Positions 30,331 through 32,000 of a DNA stretch of 32,000 nt are shown here, piece by piece (the stretch's first letter is position 1; the number at the start of each line of letters is the position of its first letter). The DNA comes from Cylindrospermopsis raciborskii Cr2010 (lineage in GTDB: Bacteria; Cyanobacteriota; Cyanobacteriia; Cyanobacteriales; Nostocaceae). Under the pieces are notes generated by a model. That model worked only from the letters and a program-made list of their open reading frames with translations, ran no database searches and had not been told where the DNA came from. Location: positions 1,500,001-1,532,000 of the forward strand of contig NZ_CP065936.1 of NCBI RefSeq assembly GCF_003367075.2, written 5' to 3'. The position numbers and the translations under genes are program-made.

Positions 30331-31377
30331 ATGAACCTGACTACCAACTATTTAGGAATGGAATTAAAATCACCCCTTGTACCTTCTGCTTCTCCTCTTT
30401 CTCAAGAGGTGGATAACATCAAATTGATGGAAGATGCGGGTGCGGGTGCTGTGGTGATGCACTCACTATTTGAAGAACAGTTGACTTTGGAAAAATATGA
30501 ACTCCATCATCATCTTACCTATGGAACAGAAAGTTTTGCAGAAGCGTTGACCTATTTTCCTGAACCAGCAGATTTTCGCGTTGGACCACAAGAATATTTA
30601 GAACATATTCGCACAGCTAAGGAGCAAGTCAATATTCCCATCATTGCCAGTTTAAACGGTTTCTCTCCTGGTGGGTGGACAGAATATGGCCAACTGATGC
30701 AGCAAGCAGGAGCATCTGCACTGGAATTAAATATCTACTATGTTCCTACCAATCCAGATTTAACCAGTGCGGAAGTAGAACAGAATTATATTGATATTCT
30801 CCAGTCAGTCAAAAAATCGGTGACAATTCCCGTTTCCGTCAAACTCAGTCCCTATTTTACTAATACTGCTAATATGGCAAAACGTTTAGACCGTACTGGA
30901 GCTGATGGACTGGTCTTATTTAATCGGTTTTATCAACCTGACATTAATTTAGAAACCCTAGAGGTTGAACCCCAGGTTCTTTTAAGTACGCCCCAAGCCA
31001 TGCGGTTACCCCTGCGCTGGATAGCGATCCTCTATGGTCATATTCATGGTAGTCTTGCTGCAACTAGTGGTATTCACAATGCTCAGGATATCATTAAAAT
31101 GCTTATGGTGGGTGCAAGTACAACTATGCTCTGCTCTGTAATTTTGCGAAATGGAATTAATTACCTTAAATCATTACAGGAGGATGTGATTAAATGGATG
31201 GAGACCCACGAATACGAATCCGTTAGACAAATGCAAGGTACCATGAGTCAGCTCAACTGTCCTGATCCTACCGCTTTTGAAAGGGCTCAATATATGAAAG
31301 TTTTGCAAAGTTATCAACCGGGATCGGAAAAAAAAGATACAAATCTCAACGCAGATAAGTTAATTGGTCACAGATAA
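30331..31377 (+). CDS. Dihydroorotate dehydrogenase-like protein
   Basis: 348 aa. MNLTTNYLGMELKSPLVPSASPLS, SLNGFSPGGW, ELNIYYVP, VSVKLSPYFTN, ADGLVLFNRFYQPDI. Confidence 0.9.
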   Translation: MNLTTNYLGMELKSPLVPSASPLSQEVDNIKLMEDAGAGAVVMHSLFEEQLTLEKYELHHHLTYGTESFAEALTYFPEPADFRVGPQEYLEHIRTAKEQVNIPIIASLNGFSPGGWTEYGQLMQQAGASALELNIYYVPTNPDLTSAEVEQNYIDILQSVKKSVTIPVSVKLSPYFTNTANMAKRLDRTGADGLVLFNRFYQPDINLETLEVEPQVLLSTPQAMRLPLRWIAILYGHIHGSLAATSGIHNAQDIIKMLMVGASTTMLCSVILRNGINYLKSLQEDVIKWMETHEYESVRQMQGTMSQLNCPDPTAFERAQYMKVLQSYQPGSEKKDTNLNADKLIGHR

Positions 31378-31416
31378 TAAGTCACTGGTATTAAGAAATT
31401 TAAGGTAGTTAGTAAT

Positions 31417-32000
31417 ATGAAACGCATTGGTATCCTCACAAGTGGTGGAGACTGTCCGGGGTTAAATTGTGTGATTCGCGCAGTCGTAAGTCACGCCATA
31501 CTAACATATAATTGGGAAGTGGTTGGCATTCCTTATGCTACCCAAGGGTTACAGCAAAGACAAACTATCCCCTTAAGTATACATGGTTGGAATTTACGGG
31601 GAATAGATCCTTTATTGAATATGGGGGGAACAATTTTAGGTAGTATTAATGAGGGAGATACCCTTGCTGCTGCTGGAGAAATTTTGTCCGGTTATGAAGC
31701 TTTGGGTTTGGATGCTCTAATTGCTGTAGGTGGAGATGGAAGTTTGAAAATCATCCATGAACTGGCTACCATGGGGAATTGGCATTTAGTTGGTATTCCT
31801 AAAACCATTGATAATGATGTGGCTTTGACCGAACGTTCTATAGGTTTTGACACAGCAGTTAATACTATTGTGGATGCCATCAACTGTCTCACATTCACTG
31901 CTGCTAGTCATGATCGGGTAATGATTGTAGAGGTTATGGGACGCACTGCTGGTCATTTAGCTCTCCATTCTGGGATTGCTGGTGGTGCGGATGTAATCTT
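31417..32000 (+). CDS. pfkA: 6-phosphofructokinase, 5' part, runs off the window
   Basis: MKRIGILTSGGDCPGLNCVIRAVV, AVGGDGSLKI, GIPKTIDNDVALTERSIGFDTAV, MIVEVMGRTAGHLAL. The frame stays open to the window end. Confidence 0.93.
   Translation, partial: MKRIGILTSGGDCPGLNCVIRAVVSHAILTYNWEVVGIPYATQGLQQRQTIPLSIHGWNLRGIDPLLNMGGTILGSINEGDTLAAAGEILSGYEALGLDALIAVGGDGSLKIIHELATMGNWHLVGIPKTIDNDVALTERSIGFDTAVNTIVDAINCLTFTAASHDRVMIVEVMGRTAGHLALHSGIAGGADVI

Overview
This 32 kb window comes from a cyanobacterium. The calls rest on a psbA C-terminal remnant, GCGATCGC (HIP1) octamers, hopanoid genes and a HetP-like protein, and a filamentous heterocyst-forming lineage is likely. From left to right it holds: (i) a repeat-rich edge with a psbA 3' fragment and its terminator, plus two near-identical tandem genes for a P-loop ATPase fused to a PD-(D/E)XK-like nuclease, and the tail of a third copy; (ii) hpnH-hpnA-like hopanoid genes, a small Cys-rich protein, mnmE and a pentapeptide-repeat gene; (iii) a compact five-gene fermentation operon: pflA, adhE, pflB, a hydrogenase maturation protease, and an NDP-forming acyl-CoA synthetase with a GNAT domain; (iv) a PstS-like protein, a Ser/Thr kinase, a lone NatA/LivG-type ATPase, a NYN + OST-HTH protein, a PAP/fibrillin protein, and a GH65/beta-phosphoglucomutase fusion that appears to have lost its catalytic barrel core; (v) a HetP-like gene, nifJ (PFOR), a DHOD-like gene and the 5' part of a phosphofructokinase gene. 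The most interesting signals are the mosaic ATPase-nuclease array with repeat elements at its junctions, a ~120 bp structured MITE-like family, the in-frame core deletion in the GH65 fusion, and the dense fermentation operon. I found no CRISPR array, rRNA or tRNA. I cannot show from sequence alone that a new biological system is present.
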